DNA from: a virus
Lineage: Duplodnaviria; Heunggongvirae; Uroviricota; Caudoviricetes
Strand: one strand, 5' to 3'
IMG/VR virus record: IMGVR_UViG_3300021961_000056
Length of the DNA: 15,905 nucleotides
The notes under the pieces are model-generated. The model made no database searches, was not told the DNA's origin, and saw only the letters and a list, made by a program, of their open reading frames with translations. Position numbers and translations under genes: made by a program. Below are positions 1-6,993 of the stretch, one piece after another. The stretch's first letter is position 1; every line of letters starts with the position of its first letter.

Positions 1-300
1 GCACAACTTGGTGTATCATCACGTGGTATGGGTACTTTGAAAGAACGTGATGGTGTAAATGAAGTACAAGAAGATTTCTATCTAGCCACTGCAGCTGACA
101 TTGTAGCTGACCCTTCGGCACCAGATGCCTTCGTTCAAGGCATCATGGAAAACAAGGAATGGATGTTTGTAAATGGTAGCTGGACTTACCAAAACATTGA
201 TGAAACCAGAAAGTTGATTGAAGCCACGAAAAAGAAGCAATTGGAAGAAGTGAAACTTCGTGTCTTTGAAAACTTTTTAAATAGTGTTTCCAAGAAGTAA
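1..300 (+). CDS. g21: Prohead protease gp21, 3' portion (5' end outside the window)
   Basis: Frame 1 is open from base 1 and reads AQLGVSSRGMGTL...DFYLATAADIVADPSAPDAFVQGIME. GVSSRG and DIVADPSAPDAFV are T4-like gp21 hallmarks, so the ATG at 28 is internal. TAA at 298-300. Confidence 0.95.
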   Translation, partial: AQLGVSSRGMGTLKERDGVNEVQEDFYLATAADIVADPSAPDAFVQGIMENKEWMFVNGSWTYQNIDETRKLIEATKKKQLEEVKLRVFENFLNSVSKK

Positions 301-303
301 AGC

Positions 304-325
304 TGTATAAATAATAGTAACGTTT
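304..325 (+). repeat. 22-bp exact direct repeat, copy 1 (TGTATAAATAATAGTAACGTTT), containing a late promoter
   Basis: Identical to 1914-1935; flanking bases differ on both sides. Confidence 0.95.
306..313 (+). promoter_or_regulatory. T4-type late (gp55-dependent) promoter TATAAATA upstream of g22
   Basis: Exact T4 late consensus in the g21-g22 intergenic gap, followed by an AGGAG RBS (336-340) and ATG at 349. Confidence 0.9.
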
Positions 326-348
326 GTAACTAATAAGGAGATAGTTAA

Positions 349-1902
349 ATGGCCTCAATCGAAAACAAGATTCGTGAAATGATGAATCCAAAGGCCCAAT
401 TGGACGAAGCTTTCCCAGGCATGGGTAACAACAAGGAAGCTGCTCCAATGGCTCAAGGTTCATCTGAAAAACCAGAAGTTCAAATGATGAATGTTTCAGG
501 AGCTGCAAAGCCAGGTAATCCTGTAAACAATCTTGCTGCTGGTGCCGGTGCAATGGAATCAAAGCCAATGGCACAAGGTTCATCAGAACAAGCATCAGTT
601 GAATCAGAAGATGACCAAGAAACACAAGGCAAGACACAAGCCGCCAAGATGAAGAAGGCAGCTGAATTGAAGGGTCAAGGTGCCGGTGCAGCTCCAAACT
701 TCACCACACATGCTGATCCATCATCAGTTGTAAATCAAGCATCAAACGCAGGCAACGTCTACAAGGAAGAAGCAGAAGTTGAAGAAGCTGTAGAAATCAA
801 GCCAACTCCTGCCGTACAATCAGCCATTGATGCTTTCAAGAAAAAGAGAGCTGAAGCAGCTAAGGTAAATGATGGCAAGACCAATCCTTCAATGCCAGCT
901 GTAAAGCCAGCAATGAAGCAGGAAGAAACTGAAGTAGAAGCTGCTGAAGAAGAATTCATTTCAGAAGAAGAATTCAATGCTTTGTCAGATGAAGAAAAGG
1001 CAAACTATGAATTGGTAGAAATGGAAGTTGAAGCTGAAGAAGTTGTTGAAGCTGAAGTTGAAGAAGCTTATCAACCAGGTGATGTCAAGAAGAAAGTAGA
1101 AGGCGCTCAAGCATCAGCTCGTGCTGCCAAGGGTGAATACAAGCTAGGTGATGTAACCAAGCGTGTAGAAGCTCAAAAGGTGAAGATGAAGGAAGAATTA
1201 TCAAAGGATGTGGAAACACTTCTTTCAACTGAATCAGAACTTTCAGAAGAATTCAAGACCAAGGCTGCTTCATTGTTTGAAGCTGTAGTAACAGCTCGTG
1301 TAGCTCATGAAATGGAAATCATGGAAGATGTTCTTGCTGAACAAGCAGCAGAAGTTGTTGCAGAAATGCATCAAGAATTGGTAAACAAGGTAGATGCCTA
1401 CCTCAACTATGTTGTTGAACAATGGTTGGAACAAAATGCTGTAGCCGTGGAAAGCGGCCTACGTGCAGAAGTCACAGAAGATTTCATTGCTGGTCTCAAG
1501 GTGTTGTTCAAGGAAAACTACATTGAAGTACCAGAAGAAAAATATGATGTTCTTGGCGAAATGCAAAATCAAATTGAAGAATTGACCGCAGTGGCCAATG
1601 CTTCAATGGCAGAAGCTCTAGAACTCAAGAAGGCATTAACTGAATCAAAGCGCGATGCTGTGTTTGCCAAGGTCACCGCTGACCTAGCACAAACTGAAGC
1701 AGAAAAACTTCATGGTTTAGTTGAAGAAGTAGAATTTGATAACGCAGAACTTTTCGAACAAAAGTTAACTGTCATCAAGAACAACTACTTCCCAAAGAAT
1801 GTTGTTGAAACTACAGCTCTTCCAGAAGAACAACCAATTGTTGAAGAAACATCTGGAACTGTAGCACAATATGCAGCTCGCATCGCTCGTACCAAGTTCT
1901 AA
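349..1902 (+). CDS. g22: Prohead core scaffolding protein gp22 with a long N-terminal extension (517 aa)
   Basis: Lies between g21 and g23. The C-terminal half is gp22-like (LSEEFKTKAASLFEAVV, VDAYLNYVVEQW, FIAGLKVLFKENYIEVPEEKYDV, KLTVIKNNYF), Glu/Ala-rich and coiled-coil-like. Confidence 0.92.
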   Translation: MASIENKIREMMNPKAQLDEAFPGMGNNKEAAPMAQGSSEKPEVQMMNVSGAAKPGNPVNNLAAGAGAMESKPMAQGSSEQASVESEDDQETQGKTQAAKMKKAAELKGQGAGAAPNFTTHADPSSVVNQASNAGNVYKEEAEVEEAVEIKPTPAVQSAIDAFKKKRAEAAKVNDGKTNPSMPAVKPAMKQEETEVEAAEEEFISEEEFNALSDEEKANYELVEMEVEAEEVVEAEVEEAYQPGDVKKKVEGAQASARAAKGEYKLGDVTKRVEAQKVKMKEELSKDVETLLSTESELSEEFKTKAASLFEAVVTARVAHEMEIMEDVLAEQAAEVVAEMHQELVNKVDAYLNYVVEQWLEQNAVAVESGLRAEVTEDFIAGLKVLFKENYIEVPEEKYDVLGEMQNQIEELTAVANASMAEALELKKALTESKRDAVFAKVTADLAQTEAEKLHGLVEEVEFDNAELFEQKLTVIKNNYFPKNVVETTALPEEQPIVEETSGTVAQYAARIARTKF

Positions 1903-1913
1903 AAATTTCCACT

Positions 1914-1935
1914 TGTATAAATAATAGTAACGTTT
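1914..1935 (+). repeat. 22-bp exact direct repeat, copy 2
   Basis: Identical to 304-325. Confidence 0.95.
1916..1923 (+). promoter_or_regulatory. T4-type late promoter TATAAATA upstream of g23
   Basis: Exact consensus in the intergenic region, then a CAGGAG RBS and ATG at 1966. Confidence 0.9.
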
Positions 1936-1965
1936 AACAAAACAAACAGTAACAGGAGAACAAGA

Positions 1966-3237
1966 ATGTTTCTTTCAGAAAATCTACAAAAGAAGTGGGC
2001 TCCAGTATTGGACCACGACAACCTTCCTTCAATCAAGGATAACTACAAGCGTGCAGTAACAGCCGTTGTTCTTGAAAACCAAGAAAAGGCATTGCGTGAA
2101 GAAAAGGCAGCTCTTTTCGAAGCAACACATGCTAACCAAACAGGTGCAGCAATTGACACCTACGATCCAATTCTTATCTCATTGGTTCGTCGTTCACTTC
2201 CAAACTTGATGGCTTATGACGTAGCCGGCGTGCAACCAATGACTGGTCCAACTGGCTTAATCTTCGCCATGAAGTCACACTACTCAACACAATCAGGCAC
2301 AGAAGCTCTATTCAACGAAGCTGACACAGACTTCTCAGGCACTGGTACACATGCTGGTTCAAACCCAGTATCAGGTTCATACACAACTGGTACAGGTGTT
2401 TCAACATCAACAGCTGAAGGTTTCGGTGATTCAACCACACTTCAACAAATGGCCTTCTCAATTGAAAAGACCACTGTAACTGCAAAGTCACGTGCTTTGA
2501 AGGCAGAATACACAGTTGAATTGGCACAAGACTTGAAGGCAATTCACGGTCTTGATGCAGAAGCTGAATTGGCCAACATTCTTTCACAAGAAATTCTTGC
2601 TGAAATCAACCGTGAAGTTATCCGTACCATCTACAAGGTTGCAAAGCCAGGTGCTGCTTCAACAGCAACAGCAGGCACATTCGACCTTGATGTTGACTCA
2701 AACGGTCGTTGGTCAGTAGAACGCTTCAAGGGCTTGATGTTCCAAATCGAACGCGATGCAAACGTAATCGCACAAGAAACCCGTCGTGGCCGTGGTAACT
2801 TCATCGTCTGTTCATCAGACGTTGCAGCTGCTCTAGCAATGGCTGGCAAGTTGGATTACACACCAGCTCTTTCAGGCAACGATGGCATCTCATCAGATGA
2901 CACAGGCAACACATTCGCAGGTACATTGAATGGCCGTTACAAGGTGTTCATCGACCCATACTCAGCCAACACAAACGCAGCATCACAATTCGTGATGGTT
3001 GGTTACAAGGGTTCAAATGCATATGACGCAGGTTTGTTCTACTGCCCATACGTTCCTCTCCAAATGGTTCGCGCAATCGACCCATCAACATTCCAACCTA
3101 AGATTGGATTCAAGACACGTTACGGCATGATTGCAAATCCATTCGTAACACAATCAGACGGTACAACAGATGCAGATACATTCACTGCTGACCGTAACCA
3201 CTACTATCGTTTGTTCGCAGTAACAAACCTTCTATAA
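1966..3237 (+). CDS. g23: Major capsid protein gp23 (423 aa)
   Basis: Motifs KKWAPVLD, LVRRSLPNLMAYDVAGVQPMTGPTGLIFAM, MAFSIEK, KSRALKAEYTVELAQDLKAIHGLDAEAEL, YCPYVPL and FQPKIGFKTRYG are all canonical gp23. Confidence 0.99.
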   Translation: MFLSENLQKKWAPVLDHDNLPSIKDNYKRAVTAVVLENQEKALREEKAALFEATHANQTGAAIDTYDPILISLVRRSLPNLMAYDVAGVQPMTGPTGLIFAMKSHYSTQSGTEALFNEADTDFSGTGTHAGSNPVSGSYTTGTGVSTSTAEGFGDSTTLQQMAFSIEKTTVTAKSRALKAEYTVELAQDLKAIHGLDAEAELANILSQEILAEINREVIRTIYKVAKPGAASTATAGTFDLDVDSNGRWSVERFKGLMFQIERDANVIAQETRRGRGNFIVCSSDVAAALAMAGKLDYTPALSGNDGISSDDTGNTFAGTLNGRYKVFIDPYSANTNAASQFVMVGYKGSNAYDAGLFYCPYVPLQMVRAIDPSTFQPKIGFKTRYGMIANPFVTQSDGTTDADTFTADRNHYYRLFAVTNLL

Positions 3238-3258
3238 TAGTAGCAGGTAAAAATTGGG

Positions 3259-3292
3259 AAAGAGAGTCCGAAAGGGCTCTCTTTTTCCTTTT
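3259..3292 (+). terminator. Rho-independent terminator after g23
   Basis: Stem AAAGAGAGTCC (3259-3269), GAAA tetraloop, stem GGGCTCTCTTT (3274-3284) with one G-U pair, then a T-rich tail TTCCTTTT. Confidence 0.9.
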
Positions 3293-3298
3293 GTGTCA

Positions 3299-3306
3299 TA
3301 TAAATA
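3299..3306 (+). promoter_or_regulatory. T4-type late promoter TATAAATA upstream of g3
   Basis: Exact consensus immediately after the terminator, with a CAGGA RBS before ATG 3331. Confidence 0.88.
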
Positions 3307-3330
3307 TTAGAAACTCCACAGGATTACTAC

Positions 3331-3918
3331 ATGGCAACTACACAATGGGATTTACGTCAACCAGATATGTTGGACTTTCTTCGTCCAAATGGTTTCTATT
3401 TTCTTGTACAAAATCTACCACAAGTAACATATTTCTGCCAGGCAGCTAACATTCCAGGTATCAATCTGGGATATGCCATTCAGCCAACACCATTCATCAA
3501 CATCCCTAAGCCAGGTGAAAAGATTGACTTTGGTGAATTGACCATTAAGTTTCTTATTCAAGAAACCATGGCCAACTACATTGAACTATACAATTGGATT
3601 ATTGCTTTAGGATTTCCTGAAAGCCACACACAATTTCAAAGTCGTTTTGGTGGTGCATCCACCATCACACCAGAAGGAAATGTGTCCAGTACAGGAGCTC
3701 GTCCTGGATTAAGAACCACAGATGCTGCTGAATATAGTGATGCCACATTGTTGGCATTGGATAGCAATTACAATCCGGTTGTGGAATTCACATTTAAAGA
3801 TTGTTTTCCTGTAGGATTAACTGGTATTGAATTTGACGTATCAACTGGTGATACTCAATACTTTGCTGCTCAAGCCGTGTTTAGATACAGAATGTTCACC
3901 ATAACATCATTGGCTTGA
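3331..3918 (+). CDS. g3: Tail completion / tail-tube terminator protein gp3 (tube-fold)
   Basis: Motifs FCQAANIPG, PGEKIDFGELTIKFL, NYIELYNWI..LGFPE, SDATL and FKDCFP..L..IEFD. The g23-g3-uvsY-uvsW order is typical of cyanophage-type T4-likes. Confidence 0.85.
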   Translation: MATTQWDLRQPDMLDFLRPNGFYFLVQNLPQVTYFCQAANIPGINLGYAIQPTPFINIPKPGEKIDFGELTIKFLIQETMANYIELYNWIIALGFPESHTQFQSRFGGASTITPEGNVSSTGARPGLRTTDAAEYSDATLLALDSNYNPVVEFTFKDCFPVGLTGIEFDVSTGDTQYFAAQAVFRYRMFTITSLA

Positions 3919-3943
3919 CAAATAAGGTAAAGTAGTTTATAAT
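3915..3943 (+). promoter_or_regulatory. Perfect sigma70-type (early/middle) promoter for uvsY-uvsW-hyp-g55
   Basis: TTGACA (3915-3920), a 17-bp spacer, TATAAT (3938-3943), and a GAGGAGG RBS (3954-3960). The -35 box overlaps the g3 TGA stop. Confidence 0.9.
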
Positions 3944-3964
3944 TGTAGTATGTGAGGAGGTTAT

Positions 3965-4405
3965 ATGAAACTACAAGAAATTCAGGCTATGTGGGCAGAA
4001 GATTGTAAAGTGGATCAAACCAATCTTGGTCGCTCTGCTGCTCGGGTACCAGAACTACACGCAAAATATTTAAATATGTTAACTTCGGTTCGCCTACAAT
4101 ATCGTAAGGCTGAAGCCGATTATCTTCGTTTACGCAAGTTGAAGTTTCGTTACTATCGTGGTGAATTGTCCAAAGAAGAATTGACTGAATTGGGGTGGGA
4201 CCAGTATTTAAACAATCGCCCATTAAAGAATGAAATGGATGAGGTTATGATTACAGATGATGACATCATTCAAATCACAGATAAAGTGGAATACATCAAA
4301 ACGGTTCTATATCAACTAGAACAAATATTGAAAAGCATCAATAGCAGAACCTGGGATGTAAAGTCTGCCATTGAATGGTACAAGTTCACGAACGGTGGCT
4401 TGTGA
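3965..4405 (+). CDS. uvsY: Recombination mediator UvsY
   Basis: Motifs W..D..VD, PELHAKYL, YYRGEL and R.WDVKSAIEW.KF; 146 aa; directly upstream of uvsW. Confidence 0.92.
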   Translation: MKLQEIQAMWAEDCKVDQTNLGRSAARVPELHAKYLNMLTSVRLQYRKAEADYLRLRKLKFRYYRGELSKEELTELGWDQYLNNRPLKNEMDEVMITDDDIIQITDKVEYIKTVLYQLEQILKSINSRTWDVKSAIEWYKFTNGGL

Positions 4406-5880
4406 GTACTGTTACGATAAATAAAAAAGATGAAGTGTATCTTCGTGTAGATGCCGACCCGGATGTTCTACTAGAAATGAATGACTTCTTCACCTTTGCT
4501 GTACCTGGCGCACAATTCACACCTCAGTATCGTGCAAAACTTTGGGATGGAAAAATTCGACTATTGAGTTTGTTCACCAAAGAATTGTATGTGGGATTAT
4601 CATCTTATGTCGAAGAATTTTGTAAAAGAAACGGCTATGCATTTGTTAATAAGTGTCAGCCTGTCTCTGATGTCGGTGATGTTGCTCAGTTTATTGCTTC
4701 GCTAAACTATCATTCGAACGGCAAGCCTGTAAACATTCGAGATTATCAAGCTGATGCTGTTCATGAAGCAATTAAAACGGGACGAACACTTCTGTTGTCT
4801 CCAACAGCAAGTGGTAAAAGTCTTGTTATTTACACGTTGGTGCGTTGGCATCAACAACATAATCGTAGGCAACTCATCATTGTTCCCACCACAAGTCTTG
4901 TGGAACAAATGTATGGAGACTTTGCCGACTACGCCACGGGTTCCGATTGGAAGGCGTCCGAGAATTGTACACGCATCTATTCAGGTAAAGAGAAAATCAC
5001 AAACGTGCCTGTGGTGATTTCCACTTGGCAAAGCATCTACAAGATGCCTAAGAGTTTCTTTGAAAACTTCGATGTCATCTATGGTGATGAATGTCATCTA
5101 TTCAAAGCCAAGTCATTGTCCTCTATCTTACATAAGTGCACCAAGGCACCGTATAAGATTGGCACCACAGGCACACTTGATGGCACCAAGACACACAGGT
5201 TGGTGTTGGAAGGATTGTTTGGTGCTGTGTACAAGGTGACAAGCACCAAGAAGTTAATGGATGAACATCAATTGGCAGACTTGAAAATTCGATGTGTTAC
5301 ATTAGATTACACAGATGAAGAAAAACAATTGTGTAAGAAGTTTAGTTATCAAGAAGAAATTGATTGGTTGGTAACACATCCAAAACGAAACAAGTTCATT
5401 CGTAATCTAGTATTGGATCAAAAGGGTAACACCTTGGTGTTGTTTCAATATGTAGAGAAACATGGTGAACCTTTATATGATATGATTAGTGAAAAGTTGG
5501 AAGATGGGAGAGATTTATTCTTTGTTCATGGTGGTGTTGAGGCAGGAGATAGAGAACAAGTTCGTGCCATCACAGAAGAATCCACGAACGCCATCATCTT
5601 GGCGTCATACGGAACATTCTCTACAGGCATAAATATTAGAAACCTCCATAACATTGTGTTTGCCTCACCTACAAAATCTCGTATCAGAAACTTACAAAGT
5701 ATTGGTCGTGGATTGCGTTTAGGTGAACAAAAAACAAGTTGTAAGTTATATGATATAGGTGATAACTTATCATGGAAGTCGCATAAAAATTACACATTAT
5801 TGCATCTAATTGAGCGAGTGAAGATATACAATGAAGAAGGGTTTGATTATAAACTTCTCACGGTACCTTTAAATGCATAA
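4402..5880 (+). CDS. uvsW: SF2 DNA helicase UvsW
   Basis: WDGKIRL, Walker A SPTASGKS, DECH, GTTGT, FSTGINI and QSIGRGLR. Start placed at GTG 4402, a GTGA overlap with the uvsY stop; the track's ATG 4375 lies inside uvsY. Confidence 0.96.
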   Translation: MSTVTINKKDEVYLRVDADPDVLLEMNDFFTFAVPGAQFTPQYRAKLWDGKIRLLSLFTKELYVGLSSYVEEFCKRNGYAFVNKCQPVSDVGDVAQFIASLNYHSNGKPVNIRDYQADAVHEAIKTGRTLLLSPTASGKSLVIYTLVRWHQQHNRRQLIIVPTTSLVEQMYGDFADYATGSDWKASENCTRIYSGKEKITNVPVVISTWQSIYKMPKSFFENFDVIYGDECHLFKAKSLSSILHKCTKAPYKIGTTGTLDGTKTHRLVLEGLFGAVYKVTSTKKLMDEHQLADLKIRCVTLDYTDEEKQLCKKFSYQEEIDWLVTHPKRNKFIRNLVLDQKGNTLVLFQYVEKHGEPLYDMISEKLEDGRDLFFVHGGVEAGDREQVRAITEESTNAIILASYGTFSTGINIRNLHNIVFASPTKSRIRNLQSIGRGLRLGEQKTSCKLYDIGDNLSWKSHKNYTLLHLIERVKIYNEEGFDYKLLTVPLNA

Positions 5881-6334
5881 TCTCGAAGATGGATATTTCA
5901 AGATTGTAAAATTGAAAACAGGTGAAAACATCTTGTGTAACATGGAACGAGATGTGAAGTCTACTGCTGCTGAAACACATCTTCATTTAACTATCCCTGT
6001 TCAAGTAGTTCCCATGAAAGAAACTAGAAAAGGGAATCATGTAATAGGTGAAAGTTTCATGCTTCGTCCTTGGATGGGATTAAGTGATGGCGAAGAATTT
6101 ACAATCAGCACAGATGTTGTGTTGACTATTGGTGATATGAAACGCGAAGTGAAAAAGCAATATGTCACCTATGTTACACAAGCCAAAGAAAGCCGACAAA
6201 AGTTTTTAGAACAAGAAGAACGGTCTGATGCAGTTAATGATTTGCTGCGTGAAGTGAATAACGGTGATGTTCGCATCATTGAAATTGATGATTATCATGG
6301 AGAATATTATGGCGAAGAAGAAGGAAGAGAGTAA
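5873..6334 (+). CDS. Conserved T4-like hypothetical protein between uvsW and g55 (possible Sm-like N-terminal beta domain)
   Basis: Overlaps both neighbours. The N-terminal KIVKLKTGENIL pattern resembles small beta-barrel hypotheticals found after uvsW in T4-likes. Function not assignable. Confidence 0.75.
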   Translation: MHNLEDGYFKIVKLKTGENILCNMERDVKSTAAETHLHLTIPVQVVPMKETRKGNHVIGESFMLRPWMGLSDGEEFTISTDVVLTIGDMKREVKKQYVTYVTQAKESRQKFLEQEERSDAVNDLLREVNNGDVRIIEIDDYHGEYYGEEEGRE

Positions 6335-6938
6335 ACATTACATTGACAACAAGCAATTTTTAGCCGCACTTGTTGAATATAAAAAAGAAGTGAACCGCGC
6401 CAAAAAGAACAATGACGAGCGCCCACAGGTTCCGGATTACATTGGTGATTGTTTCATTAAGATTGCCAATCATTTAGCATACAAGAGCAATTTCATCAAT
6501 TACAGCTTCCGAGAAGATATGATTCTGGATGCCATTGAGAATTGCCTCATCTACATGGACAACTTTGACCCAAAGAAATCAAGTAATCCATTTGCCTATT
6601 TCACGCAAATCACCTATTATGCATTTTTGCGTAGAATTCAAAAAGAAAAGAAGCATCTACAAACCAAATATCGGTACATTGAATCTTTGGACATTGAAGG
6701 ATTGATTCGTCAAGCACATGATGAAGGAAGTTATGATAATGGTTTCATCAAGTATTTGAAACAACAAGCTGATGCAGCTCAATTGGAATTGAGTGAGAAC
6801 AAGAAAGACAAGAAGATGACCAGAAAGCCCAAGTATCTTCAGAAATTGGATGATGATGTGGTCATTGATGAGGCACAACACATTGATGTATTAAGTGTGG
6901 ATGAATCCATTGAAACAGGTGAAATTGAATACGAATAA
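6309..6938 (+). CDS. g55: Late-transcription sigma factor gp55
   Basis: Motifs HYIDNKQF, YIGDCFIKIA, NFINYSFREDMI.DAIENC, NFDP.KS.NPFAYFTQI and AFLRRIQKEKK. Start revised to ATG 6309 (GGAG at 6299-6302). Confidence 0.96.
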   Translation: MAKKKEESKHYIDNKQFLAALVEYKKEVNRAKKNNDERPQVPDYIGDCFIKIANHLAYKSNFINYSFREDMILDAIENCLIYMDNFDPKKSSNPFAYFTQITYYAFLRRIQKEKKHLQTKYRYIESLDIEGLIRQAHDEGSYDNGFIKYLKQQADAAQLELSENKKDKKMTRKPKYLQKLDDDVVIDEAQHIDVLSVDESIETGEIEYE

Positions 6939-6941
6939 TCG

Positions 6942-6975
6942 TTGACAAGCTCCTAAATAGTTATTAGTTTATAAT
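6942..6975 (+). promoter_or_regulatory. Probable promoter region for the deazaguanine operon
   Basis: TTGACA at 6942-6947. TAGTTT sits at 17-bp spacing (6965-6970) and TATAAT at a too-long 22-bp spacing (6970-6975). A late-like CTAAATA occurs at 6953-6959. This is the only intergenic gap upstream of nine tightly packed genes. Confidence 0.6.
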
Positions 6976-6993
6976 GTGACCTGTGAGGTGTAT

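Noticed and set aside
28-300. 90-aa ORF as a complete small gene
   Set aside because: It is the C-terminus of gp21; the frame is open from base 1.
143-697. 184-aa minus-strand ORF and the other minus-strand or alternate-frame ORFs in the track
   Set aside because: They are shadows of well-supported + strand genes, with no recognisable motifs or RBS.
3232-3243. Triple in-frame stop TAA-TAG-TAG after g23, and no gene in the window ending in TAG (possible recoding)
   Set aside because: All genes are intact under code 11 with no in-frame TAG interruptions. Tandem stops are common after highly expressed genes.
4416-4423. GATAAATA in uvsW, and AATAAATA at 14603-14610 in g46, as late promoters
   Set aside because: They are intragenic, lack the downstream WTAG shared by the other sites, and are expected by chance in AT-rich DNA.
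6343-6348. TTGACA inside g55
   Set aside because: There is no -10 element at 16-18 bp.
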